The notes under the pieces were generated by a model. It searched no databases. It was not told the origin of the DNA and saw nothing but the letters and a program-made list of their open reading frames with translations. A stretch of DNA of 24,000 nt from Bacillus mesophilus. Lineage in GTDB: Bacteria; Bacillota; Bacilli; Bacillales; SA4. The DNA lies in contig NZ_JAAIWM010000006.1 in the NCBI RefSeq assembly GCF_011008845.1, positions 88,832 to 112,831 on the forward strand, given 5' to 3'. The position numbers and the translations under genes are program-made. The stretch's first letter is position 1. Each line of letters starts with the position of its first letter. Below are positions 7,035 through 14,322 of this stretch, in pieces.

Positions 7035-7985
7035 ATGGGGAATTCGTCTCTGTTTGAATTTGTTGAACAGTTTTCTAGTGAGTTAGGAGAGCTGGCTACT
7101 CGTATAGAAGCGCAGTTATTTAGTCAGCCACAGGCAGTTTTAATTCAGGCACGTTTATATAGTGAAGAGCTTGTAAGGCTTATTAGCAAAGAGGAGGGGA
7201 TTGAAGAGGTATATCCCCTTAAAGCTTATGAACGAATTCATAAGTTATATCGACAAAGTTTAATTGAGGAAGATCTTTATATGAAGCTCGAATGGGTGAG
7301 AAAGAAAGGAAATAAGGCTGCCCATGATGTGAGTGAAAGTGATGTAATGGACGCTATTCAGGTACATAAATATTTATTCGAAATGAGCGTTTGGTATATG
7401 CAGGTTTATGTGAGTTATGATTTTGAAGCTCCTGTATACGCTCTTCCTACTAGAGCTGGTTTGGAAACAGAAATCCCTTCTCATAAGATAGATGAGATAA
7501 TTAAACCGTATCTAGAACAAACCTTGCAAAAATATGATGATATGTGGACAGAAGTGCAGGAACAGCTAGCTTTATTAAAGGCAGATAAGGAGAATGCTCA
7601 AGTCACCAATAATCTAAAGGGTCTTTCTCCTAAACAAGAATTAAAAGAAGCAGCAATTAGCAAGGAAAGAGAAAATATAAATCGATATCGCATTTTTACA
7701 AAAAGCAACTTCATGCTTACTAACGAATCCTTAAAGGCTGCAGAATTTGAGCATAAGCTGACGGGAGAGGTCATTTACCTGTTACGCAATAAAGAACTTA
7801 GTATTATGCTGAATCCAAATAGTATTGCAGATTCTTTTAAAAGTGAAGAAAGAGAGCGTCATAGTACTGCCTTGAGACGTTTTCCTAAGAAAATTAATAA
7901 AGGTCAGACTCCTACAAGTTACGGTTATTTATATAAATTTCAAAACGAGGAAGAGCTACTTGATTTTTTAAAAGCTTTATCATAA
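7035..7985 (+). CDS. DUF4145-like (HsdR-N-terminal-type helical module) protein with a coiled-coil linker and an uncharacterised C-terminal domain
   Basis: The N-terminus is SLFEFVEQFSSELGELATRIEAQLFSQPQAVLIQARLYSEELVRL...YERIHKLYRQSLIEEDLYMKLEWVRKKGNKAAHD. This follows the pattern I recall for DUF4145: F-x-F, aE, P-x-a, R-x-x-x-E, iR-x-x-GN-x-aaH. A charged helical stretch lies in the middle. The C-terminal ~100 aa (...HSTALRRFPKKINKGQTPTSYGYLYKF...) is unassigned. Confidence 0.7.
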   Translation: MGNSSLFEFVEQFSSELGELATRIEAQLFSQPQAVLIQARLYSEELVRLISKEEGIEEVYPLKAYERIHKLYRQSLIEEDLYMKLEWVRKKGNKAAHDVSESDVMDAIQVHKYLFEMSVWYMQVYVSYDFEAPVYALPTRAGLETEIPSHKIDEIIKPYLEQTLQKYDDMWTEVQEQLALLKADKENAQVTNNLKGLSPKQELKEAAISKERENINRYRIFTKSNFMLTNESLKAAEFEHKLTGEVIYLLRNKELSIMLNPNSIADSFKSEERERHSTALRRFPKKINKGQTPTSYGYLYKFQNEEELLDFLKALS

Positions 7986-8058
7986 CTGCTTTAAAACAAA
8001 GAAAAACAGATAATACTAGTAAAATAAGAATGGTAGCAAACCTTAGTAAGGAGACAAT

Positions 8059-8799
8059 ATGAATAACTATAAATTAACAATTCAGTACGATGGTGGCCGA
8101 TATAAAGGTTGGCAAAGACTTGGTGATAACGACCAAACGATTCAAGCAAAAATCGAAAATGTTTTATCTGAAATGGTAGGTACAAAGATTGAAATCATCG
8201 GAAGTGGTAGAACCGATGCGGGTGTACATGCCCTAGCTCAAGTTGCTAACTTTAAGAGTAGTGATAGTAGATCGGAAGCTGAGATTAAAAAATATTTGAA
8301 TCATTACTTGCCTCAGGATATAAGTATTGTGGATGTGTCGTTAACACATGAACGTTTTCATTCAAGATATAATGCGAAGGCGAAGACATACTTATATAAG
8401 ATTTGGAACGAAGAATATACGAACCCGTTTATGAGAAAGTTCAGTATGCATGTTGAAGAAAAATTAGATGTATCTATGATGAAGAAAGCTGCTAAGCATT
8501 TTATTGGAGAACATGATTTTACGGCTTACTCCAATGCAAAGTCTAAGAAAAAGTCAATGGTAAGGGAAATCTATTCTATTACTATAGAAGAGAACAGTGG
8601 ATTCCTAGATATCAGAATTAATGGAAATGGCTTTTTATATAATATGGTCAGAAAGATTGTCGGAACGTTAATTGAAGTAGGGCGTGGAGGAATAGAGGCA
8701 AATAGTATACCTGAAATACTTCAGTCCAAAGAACGAGTTCAAACCGGTGGTCTAGCAGAACCAGGTGGATTATATTTAGAGAGTATAGATTTTGAATAA
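8059..8799 (+). CDS. truA: tRNA pseudouridine(38-40) synthase TruA
   Basis: An AAGGAG RBS is present. The YDGGRYKGWQRQ-like N-terminus (QYDGGRYKGWQRL) and the catalytic GSGRTDAGVHA motif are both there. The length of 246 aa fits. Confidence 0.92.
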   Translation: MNNYKLTIQYDGGRYKGWQRLGDNDQTIQAKIENVLSEMVGTKIEIIGSGRTDAGVHALAQVANFKSSDSRSEAEIKKYLNHYLPQDISIVDVSLTHERFHSRYNAKAKTYLYKIWNEEYTNPFMRKFSMHVEEKLDVSMMKKAAKHFIGEHDFTAYSNAKSKKKSMVREIYSITIEENSGFLDIRINGNGFLYNMVRKIVGTLIEVGRGGIEANSIPEILQSKERVQTGGLAEPGGLYLESIDFE

Positions 8800-8803
8800 A
8801 ATG

Positions 8804-8832
8804 AAACCCCCTCAGTGACCTGAGGGGGTTTT
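8804..8832. terminator. Bidirectional rho-independent terminator (truA / DUF2653-like gene)
   Basis: AAACCCCCTCAG-tgac-CTGAGGGGGTTTT is a perfect GC-rich stem with an A run on one side and a T run on the other. Confidence 0.9.
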
Positions 8833-8859
8833 AGTAATCGGGAAAAGGAGCCGATCCCA

Positions 8860-9150
8860 CTATGAAATGATGGCAATGATACCTTCTTCGTCGTCTAGCT
8901 CTAGTTTGATACCTGAGAATGGGTCTCTGTTAAGGTACTCTTCTAGCCAAAGACGAAGGGCTTCAATGATGTTTGCTGTTATTAATATTTGATTGCGGCC
9001 GCCTACGTGTGTTTCTGCAGAGAAGCCACCGTGGTCATCATCATAGAAAAGTTCAACTTCGACTTCTTCTGGCTTTACTTGCTTTTTGCGGGCAGTGTAG
9101 ACGCAAAGAGCATTGATGATATCCTGTTCAGATATTTTTAGCTTTGCCAT
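8860..9150 (-). CDS. Small cytosolic protein, YxcD/DUF2653-like (assignment from memory)
   Basis: 96 aa: MAKLKISEQDIINALCVYTARKKQVKPEEVEVELFYDDDHGGFSAETHV... The ATG lies inside the last codons of the upstream gene (13-nt overlap), which indicates translational coupling. In B. subtilis yxcD-yxcE lie near htpG, and this pair does too. Confidence 0.65.
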   Translation of the reverse strand: MAKLKISEQDIINALCVYTARKKQVKPEEVEVELFYDDDHGGFSAETHVGGRNQILITANIIEALRLWLEEYLNRDPFSGIKLELDDEEGIIAIIS

Positions 9151-9572
9151 GGATTTGCATCCTTTTTCTTCTTATCTGCAAATAGCTTGAAGATTTTACG
9201 AATGATAACAAAGAGTGCAACGATTGCGAGCACATTGATCATAAAGCCAAGAATCGATCCTAGTATTCCCATGTTAGCAAAGAGACTACCAAAAAGAAGT
9301 CCTGCAAGTCCACCAAGCATTAGGCCTTTCATTAGTCCGCCAGACATGAAACCACCTTTATTGGCAGGTTTGGTCGTTGCTGAATTAACAGATGAATTTT
9401 CTTTCTTATCTACGGTTGAATCATTTGTTGTATTATTGTTATTATTAAAGTTTTTCTTTCCTGATTTATATCTTTTTGCTTCTGCTGTTGATACATCATC
9501 TTGGAACACAAAGTTCCCAACAGGTGTTAATAAAAGGACGATTGCGATCATAACGGCTGCTAGCTTTTTCAT
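9138..9572 (-). CDS. Signal-anchored membrane protein with an Asn/Ser-rich linker and a C-terminal glycine-zipper TM pair (YxcE-like?)
   Basis: A GGAGGA RBS is present. The protein has MKKLAAVMIAIVLLLTPVG..., an NNNNN low-complexity linker, then GGFMSGGLMKGLMLGGLAGLLFGSLFANMGILGSILGFMINVLAIVALFVII and a Lys-rich tail. It is the first gene downstream of the Mn riboswitch. Confidence 0.75.
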   Translation of the reverse strand: MKKLAAVMIAIVLLLTPVGNFVFQDDVSTAEAKRYKSGKKNFNNNNNTTNDSTVDKKENSSVNSATTKPANKGGFMSGGLMKGLMLGGLAGLLFGSLFANMGILGSILGFMINVLAIVALFVIIRKIFKLFADKKKKDANPWQS

Positions 9573-9675
9573 TGTTGGTTTCCTCCATTTATAGTTGGTT
9601 TATTTAATCTTAATAGAAATGAGCATATCTAGTGTTGTGATAAGCTTCAGCAATCACCGCATACCTCCCCTTTAT

Positions 9676-9711
9676 ATAAAAAACCTCTACCACCTAAGGA
9701 TGGTAAAGGTT
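9676..9711 (-). terminator. Intrinsic terminator forming the expression platform of the Mn riboswitch
   Basis: The minus strand reads AACCTTTACCA-tccttagg-TGGTAGAGGTT followed by TTTTTT. It sits about 35 nt 3' of the aptamer and about 105 nt 5' of the start codon at 9572. Confidence 0.8.
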
Positions 9712-9744
9712 AAAATATCAATTATTATCCCTTTACCAGATTGG

Positions 9745-9838
9745 CAAAGGTCTCGCAAACAACATGATGTTGCCAGTTAAGCCGGTGATGAATATGCACC
9801 ACGGAATGACGACATAACTGTTAGCTACTCCCCTTTGG
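9745..9838 (-). promoter_or_regulatory. yybP-ykoY (manganese) riboswitch aptamer
   Basis: The minus-strand RNA is CAAAGGGGAGUAGCUAACAGUUAUGUCGUCAUUCCGUGGUGCAUAUUCAUCACCGGCUUAACUGGCAACAUCAUGUUGUUUGCGAGACCUUUG. The conserved blocks match the well-known L. lactis/B. subtilis sequences: AAAGGGGAGUAGC, GUCGUCA.U.CGUG, CACCGGCUU and GC.AGACCUUU. The P1 helix CAAAGG/CCUUUG closes the fold. Confidence 0.85.
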
Positions 9839-9880
9839 AGTATGAAGTTGTAGGACAGCGTTTTCTCTCGCTGTGACTTT

Positions 9881-9909
9881 ATACTACTATAAGATATGTT
9901 TATCGTCAA
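9881..9909 (-). promoter_or_regulatory. Candidate promoter of the riboswitch-controlled operon
   Basis: On the minus strand, TTGACG (complement of 9904-9909) is followed by 17 nt and TAGTAT (complement of 9881-9886). It lies about 40 nt upstream of the aptamer. Confidence 0.5.
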
Positions 9910-9995
9910 TTATAGTATAGATACAATAACCCACTGTAGATGTGTGGTCGTGTTAGAGAATTTAGTAACAGATTGTATATATTGGAGGAGATGTT

Positions 9996-10859
9996 TTGGA
10001 TACGGTAACACATACCCTGTTTGGGGCTGGAATTTACCAGGCAACGAAAAAAGAGGAAATGACCAAAAGGGAAAAGTATGCCCTGCTTTTTACATCTATA
10101 GTAGGTAGCCAGATACCTGATATCGATATTGTTTCCCAGCTATGGGATCAAGAAGGCATGTATCAAATGTGGCATAGAGGAATTACCCATTCGATTTTGT
10201 TAGCTCCCATTTGGGCACTAGTCATATATTGGTTAGTTAGAGTTTTGTTTAAGGTAAACCACCGTCATTATTTCTTTATTGCGATGATAGCGGTTGCTAT
10301 ACATAATAGTTCTGATGTACTCAATGCGTGGGGAACTGGTTATTTTGAGCCCATTTCTGATGTTAGATTAACTCTAGGTACGATCCCAATCATTGATTTC
10401 GTTATTTGGACGATTTTCTTGGTGTCTTTTTTATTGAAGCGCTTTTCTAGAATCCGAGCTACGACTATATTTCGCTATGCTTGGCTAGCTATTGTTTTAC
10501 ACATTGCGCTTCAGACTGCTCAAGGAATGGCGATCCTTCATGATGTTAAAACACAGTATGAGGAAGTGACCTTATCTGCCGATTTTATTCCTTGGCAATA
10601 CACTGTGGTTGGTAAAAATGGAAATGAAGTAGATTTAGCTCTGGGCACATTATGGTCAGGAATAGAAGTGCATACTACCCTGTATTCAGACGAGGAAGCA
10701 GACTTAGAAGCATTATTTGCCAGTAAGCCAGAAGCGGAAACACTCACCAAATGGAGTCCGTTTGTAGTGGTTGTAAACGATGACAACCAACTGGGTGTAT
10801 TTGATCCGAGGTTTTATATAAATGGAGAATCCTTTTTATATATTTATATTGATAAATAA
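9996..10859 (+). CDS. Membrane-bound metal-dependent hydrolase, YdjM/DUF457-like
   Basis: TTG start with a GGAGGAG RBS 5 nt upstream. DTVTHTLFG..., IPDIDIV and WHRGITHS are the His/Asp signature of the YdjM family. Several TM segments are present, plus a C-terminal soluble extension. Confidence 0.75.
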   Translation: MDTVTHTLFGAGIYQATKKEEMTKREKYALLFTSIVGSQIPDIDIVSQLWDQEGMYQMWHRGITHSILLAPIWALVIYWLVRVLFKVNHRHYFFIAMIAVAIHNSSDVLNAWGTGYFEPISDVRLTLGTIPIIDFVIWTIFLVSFLLKRFSRIRATTIFRYAWLAIVLHIALQTAQGMAILHDVKTQYEEVTLSADFIPWQYTVVGKNGNEVDLALGTLWSGIEVHTTLYSDEEADLEALFASKPEAETLTKWSPFVVVVNDDNQLGVFDPRFYINGESFLYIYIDK

Positions 10860-11022
10860 TGAATTAGGGTTATCTATAGTTTTGCAGCGTTAATTAGACC
10901 TACCAAAAGCAGAAGCCGTAAAATGGTTTACTATCGCTGAAGGAAGGTTTAAATGGTGAGTTTTGCCTGTAACTAAAATCATTAGAAAAAAATCTTTTAA
11001 ATCAGTTTTTAAATGTAAGTTA

Positions 11023-11052
11023 TTGACATAATCAATCATTTTATGGTATTAA
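11023..11052 (+). promoter_or_regulatory. SigA promoter of htpG with an extended -10
   Basis: TTGACA-18 nt-TATTAA, preceded by TGg (a TGn extended -10). The predicted TSS is 3-4 nt before CIRCE. Confidence 0.65.
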
Positions 11053-11062
11053 AATAGTGTGA

Positions 11063-11089
11063 TTAGCACTCTTGTGTTAAGAGTGCTAA
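11063..11089. promoter_or_regulatory. CIRCE operator (HrcA binding site)
   Basis: TTAGCACTC-ttgtgttaa-GAGTGCTAA is a perfect match to the consensus TTAGCACTC-N9-GAGTGCTAA. Confidence 0.9.
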
Positions 11090-11132
11090 AATATAATTAG
11101 GTGAAATTACATAAGTGAAAGGAGAACTAATA

Positions 11133-13007
11133 ATGGCAAAGAAGCAGTTTAAAGCAGAATCAAAACGATTATTAGAAATGATGATTAACTCAATCTATTC
11201 ACAGAAGGAAATCTTTTTACGAGAGCTAATTTCTAATGCCAGTGATGCTATTGATAAAATCTACTATAAGGCACTAACAGACGAGAAGCTGAGCTTTAAT
11301 AAAGAGGACTATTATATAAAAGTCGAGGCTGATAAGAATAATAGAACATTAAAGCTAATTGACACTGGTATTGGTATGACAAAGGAGGAGCTTGAGAAAA
11401 ACCTAGGTACGATTGCAAAGAGTGGTTCTCTAGCTTTCAAAAAAGAAAATGAGTCCAAGGATGGCCATGATATTATTGGTCAATTTGGTGTTGGTTTTTA
11501 TTCGGCGTTTATGGTGGCCGATGTTGTAACGGTTATAAGTAAGGCGTTAGGAAGTGAAGAGGCCTACAAGTGGGAGTCAAAGGGTACAGATGGCTATACG
11601 ATTGAAACCCACGAAAAAAGTGATGTAGGAACCGAAATCATCTTGCAGATAAAGGAGAATACCGAGGATGATAGCTATGACGAGTATCTAGAAGAATACC
11701 GTCTAAAGGCAATTATTAAGAAGTATTCTGATTTCATTCGTTATCCAATTAAGATGGACATAACTAGTAGTAAAAAAGCCGAGGGTAGTGACTCTGAATA
11801 TACGGAATACACAGAAGAGCAAGTGATTAACAGTATGGTTCCGATTTGGAGAAAAAACAAAAATGAACTAACTGATGAAGATTATGCAAACTTTTATATG
11901 GAAAAGCACTATGGTTTTGATCAGCCTTTAAAGCATATTCATATTAGTGTGGATGGGGCAATACGTTATAATGCGATTTTATATATCCCGGAAAATATTC
12001 CGTACGATTACTATTCTAAGGAATTTGAAAAGGGCTTAGAGCTGTATTCTAATGGAGTTTTAATCATGGAAAAATGTTCGGAACTGCTACCAGACTATTT
12101 TAGCTTTGTAAAAGGAATGGTAGATTCTGAGGACTTGTCCCTTAACATTTCAAGGGAAATTCTGCAGCAGGATAAACAATTAAAGCTGATTGCGAAAAAT
12201 ATTAAAAATAAAATCGCGAGTAATCTACAGAGCCTTTTAAAGGATGAACGCGAGAAATATGAATTGTTTTATAAGTCATTTGGACGACAGTTAAAATATG
12301 GAGTTTACAGTGATTTTGGAAGCAATAAAGATTCCTTGCAAAATCTGTTAATGTTCTACTCATCCAAAGAAAAGAAACTAGTTACGTTAGATGAGTATGT
12401 AACAAGAATGCCAGAGGACCAAAAGTATATCTACTATGCTTCTGGTGAATCGTATGAGCGAATTGAAAGACTTCCTCAAACAGAGTTGGTTGCAGAAAAG
12501 GGTTATGAGATTCTTTACTTCACAGAGGATATTGATGAGTTTGCCATCAAAATGCTGATGAACTATAAAGAGAAAGAATTCAAATCGGTATCAAGTGGAG
12601 ATTTGGGAATCGAGGAAAATGATCAGCAAACCGATGAGGAAAAGAATGAAAATAAAGAGCTATTTGAAGCGATGAAAAATAGCTTATCTGGGAAAGTGAA
12701 GGATGTACGAGCTTCTAAGAGGTTGCGCTCTCACCCGGTTTGTTTAACAACTGAAGGAGAAGTCTCCATTGAAATGGAAAAAATCCTAAGTGCCATGCCA
12801 AACAATGAAAACGTAAAGGCTGATAAAATATTAGAAATTAATATCAATCACGAGGTTTACCAATCATTAAAGGATGCACTTGATAAGGATCAAGAAAAGT
12901 TACATTTATATACAAACCTACTCTACAATCAGGCTCTATTAATAGAAGGATTGCCGATTCAAGATCCAGTAGAGTTTACGAATGATATTTGCAAGATTAT
13001 GGTGTAA
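11133..13007 (+). CDS. htpG: Molecular chaperone HtpG (Hsp90)
   Basis: [49 protein letters not shown] and GQFGVGFYS form the GHKL ATP-binding site. The length of 624 aa fits. An AAAGGAG RBS lies 8 nt before the ATG at 11133. The GTG at 11115 in the track has no RBS. Confidence 0.95.
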   Translation: MAKKQFKAESKRLLEMMINSIYSQKEIFLRELISNASDAIDKIYYKALTDEKLSFNKEDYYIKVEADKNNRTLKLIDTGIGMTKEELEKNLGTIAKSGSLAFKKENESKDGHDIIGQFGVGFYSAFMVADVVTVISKALGSEEAYKWESKGTDGYTIETHEKSDVGTEIILQIKENTEDDSYDEYLEEYRLKAIIKKYSDFIRYPIKMDITSSKKAEGSDSEYTEYTEEQVINSMVPIWRKNKNELTDEDYANFYMEKHYGFDQPLKHIHISVDGAIRYNAILYIPENIPYDYYSKEFEKGLELYSNGVLIMEKCSELLPDYFSFVKGMVDSEDLSLNISREILQQDKQLKLIAKNIKNKIASNLQSLLKDEREKYELFYKSFGRQLKYGVYSDFGSNKDSLQNLLMFYSSKEKKLVTLDEYVTRMPEDQKYIYYASGESYERIERLPQTELVAEKGYEILYFTEDIDEFAIKMLMNYKEKEFKSVSSGDLGIEENDQQTDEEKNENKELFEAMKNSLSGKVKDVRASKRLRSHPVCLTTEGEVSIEMEKILSAMPNNENVKADKILEININHEVYQSLKDALDKDQEKLHLYTNLLYNQALLIEGLPIQDPVEFTNDICKIMV

Positions 13008-13012
13008 GAGAG

Positions 13013-13041
13013 AGGACTGGCGATGATTCGCTGGTCCTTTT
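13013..13041 (+). terminator. htpG terminator
   Basis: GGACTGGCG-atgatt-CGCTGGTCC, including two G:U pairs, followed by TTTT. Confidence 0.65.
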
Positions 13042-13060
13042 ACTGTTCTTAGTAGAGAGG

Positions 13061-13222
13061 GCGCTGATATTTTGCCGAGTTGCGCCAATATACTGGTATT
13101 TTAGCTGATAAAAAGGGGAGGTCGCCGATAAACTCTTGCTATAACTTGATATAGTAAAAAATACGCTGATAAAGGTCCGTGGGAGCCAATCAGTAAGCTA
13201 AAAATCCTTTTAAAAGCCAATC
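13061..13222. repeat. Phased array of eight GCYRATA-type sites spaced 20-21 bp apart (last unit +31 bp)
   Basis: The cores start at 13064, 13085, 13105, 13125, 13146, 13166, 13186 and 13217. They read gcgCTGATA, gcgCCAATA, tagCTGATA, tcgCCGATA, aacTTGATA, acgCTGATA, gagCCAATC and aagCCAATC. The spacers between cores are unrelated to one another. Confidence 0.75.
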
Positions 13223-13230
13223 TAGTCTAT

Positions 13231-13258
13231 AAAAAAACACCCATTTTCTAATGGGTGC
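13231..13258 (-). terminator. cydB terminator
   Basis: The minus strand reads CACCCATT-agaa-AATGGGTG followed by TTTTTTT. It starts 12 nt after the stop codon. Confidence 0.85.
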
Positions 13259-13269
13259 ACATTTCTACT

Positions 13270-14310
13270 TTATCCTTTTTGCCTCAAATATCGCTTATCG
13301 TTCATAAATAGACTCCAGAAATAGATGAATCCAGGAAACAGGATCGCGAATCCGATAATATAAGTAATAAAAACGGCTCTAAAGGAGTTTGGATCTGTAA
13401 AGGAATTTTGAATGGTTACTTCTGGGTAAACAATATAAGGTAAATGAGCCTTACCATATACATAGCTAGCGATTAAATACTGGATGGTTACAGCAATAAC
13501 AGAAAGCCTCGGCATACCTCTAAGTTTTTCTCCCTTTTTAAATGGATTCGGAAAGTAGAGTCCAATACCAACAATGATAAAAAATCCGACAGAAATTAGG
13601 AGAAGGTGAAAGTCTTCCATCATTCGAGTGTACAGCCAGTTAGCCTCATTTCTTAACGTGAACATGATTAGGAAAGCCATTATTAAGGAAATCGGGCCCA
13701 AAATCATGCCATCCCTTAAATATACTTTATAAGCTTCCATCTCTCTCGAAGCTTTTGAATAATCAGCTAATAGAAGCGAGGAGAGAAAAAGTGAGCTAGT
13801 AATGGCGAAGCCTATAAAGGCATATTCATTTGGGCTGGTAAAGAGTTTCTCTAGACTTAGGCTTGGCACTCCATTTGTGTACACTAGATAATCACCGTGC
13901 GTAATTGGGAGTACACTAATTAATAATCCTGGAATAAGAATTCCGGTTATACCGGAAATATAGGTTAATGGCTTTTTGTATTCAGTTGCAATATTTGAAA
14001 ATACCAAGAAAGCACTTCGTAATGCGAGTAACAATAAAATCATGCTGCCCGGAATTAAAAGAATCGTTCCTAGTGTGTAAGCTGCAGCTGGGAAAAGACT
14101 ATAGACCGCTATGACCAATGCTACGATGAAGGTGTTTGTTACCTCCCATGTTGGTGATAAATATCGATTGGCGATATTGGTAGCTTTTGTTTTCTCTCTA
14201 TTAATATAGACCATTGACCAAAATCCTGCCCCAAAGTCCATGGTTGCCATGACTGCATAAATAAATACAAATCCCCAAAGGACTGTAATTGCAATTAGCA
14301 CATCTGCCAT
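13270..14310 (-). CDS. cydB: Cytochrome bd-type quinol oxidase subunit II
   Basis: A 346-aa polytopic membrane protein. It begins 12 nt after the subunit I stop and has a GGAGG RBS. The N-terminus ...AVMATMDFGAGFW is typical of CydB/YthB. Confidence 0.88.
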   Translation of the reverse strand: MADVLIAITVLWGFVFIYAVMATMDFGAGFWSMVYINREKTKATNIANRYLSPTWEVTNTFIVALVIAVYSLFPAAAYTLGTILLIPGSMILLLLALRSAFLVFSNIATEYKKPLTYISGITGILIPGLLISVLPITHGDYLVYTNGVPSLSLEKLFTSPNEYAFIGFAITSSLFLSSLLLADYSKASREMEAYKVYLRDGMILGPISLIMAFLIMFTLRNEANWLYTRMMEDFHLLLISVGFFIIVGIGLYFPNPFKKGEKLRGMPRLSVIAVTIQYLIASYVYGKAHLPYIVYPEVTIQNSFTDPNSFRAVFITYIIGFAILFPGFIYFWSLFMNDKRYLRQKG

Positions 14311-14322
14311 TCTCTTTGCCTC

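Noticed and set aside
5704-8185. Short ORFs 5704..5901(+), 6760..6957(-) and 7991..8185(-)
   Set aside because: They overlap real genes on the other strand or span a bidirectional terminator or the truA start. Their composition looks like frame-shadow translation.
9850-9995. A LexA/DinR box upstream of the YdjM-like gene (E. coli ydjM is SOS-regulated)
   Set aside because: No GAAC-N4-GTTC motif is present in the upstream region. The only -10-like hexamer (TATATA, 9976-9981) is too close to the RBS to be called a promoter.
9187-10108. ORFs 9187..9594(+), 9595..9780(+) and 9896..10108(+)
   Set aside because: The first is the antisense shadow of the glycine-zipper protein gene. The second covers the riboswitch terminator and aptamer on the wrong strand. 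The third overlaps the divergent promoter region and the YdjM-like gene out of frame.
13061-13222. Interpreting the phased array as a CRISPR array or a degenerate coding repeat
   Set aside because: The conserved unit is only ~7 nt with 13-14 nt variable gaps, whereas CRISPR repeats are 24-40 nt with spacers of at least 25 nt. The 20/21-bp alternation shifts the frame between units, and stop codons occur in all six frames.
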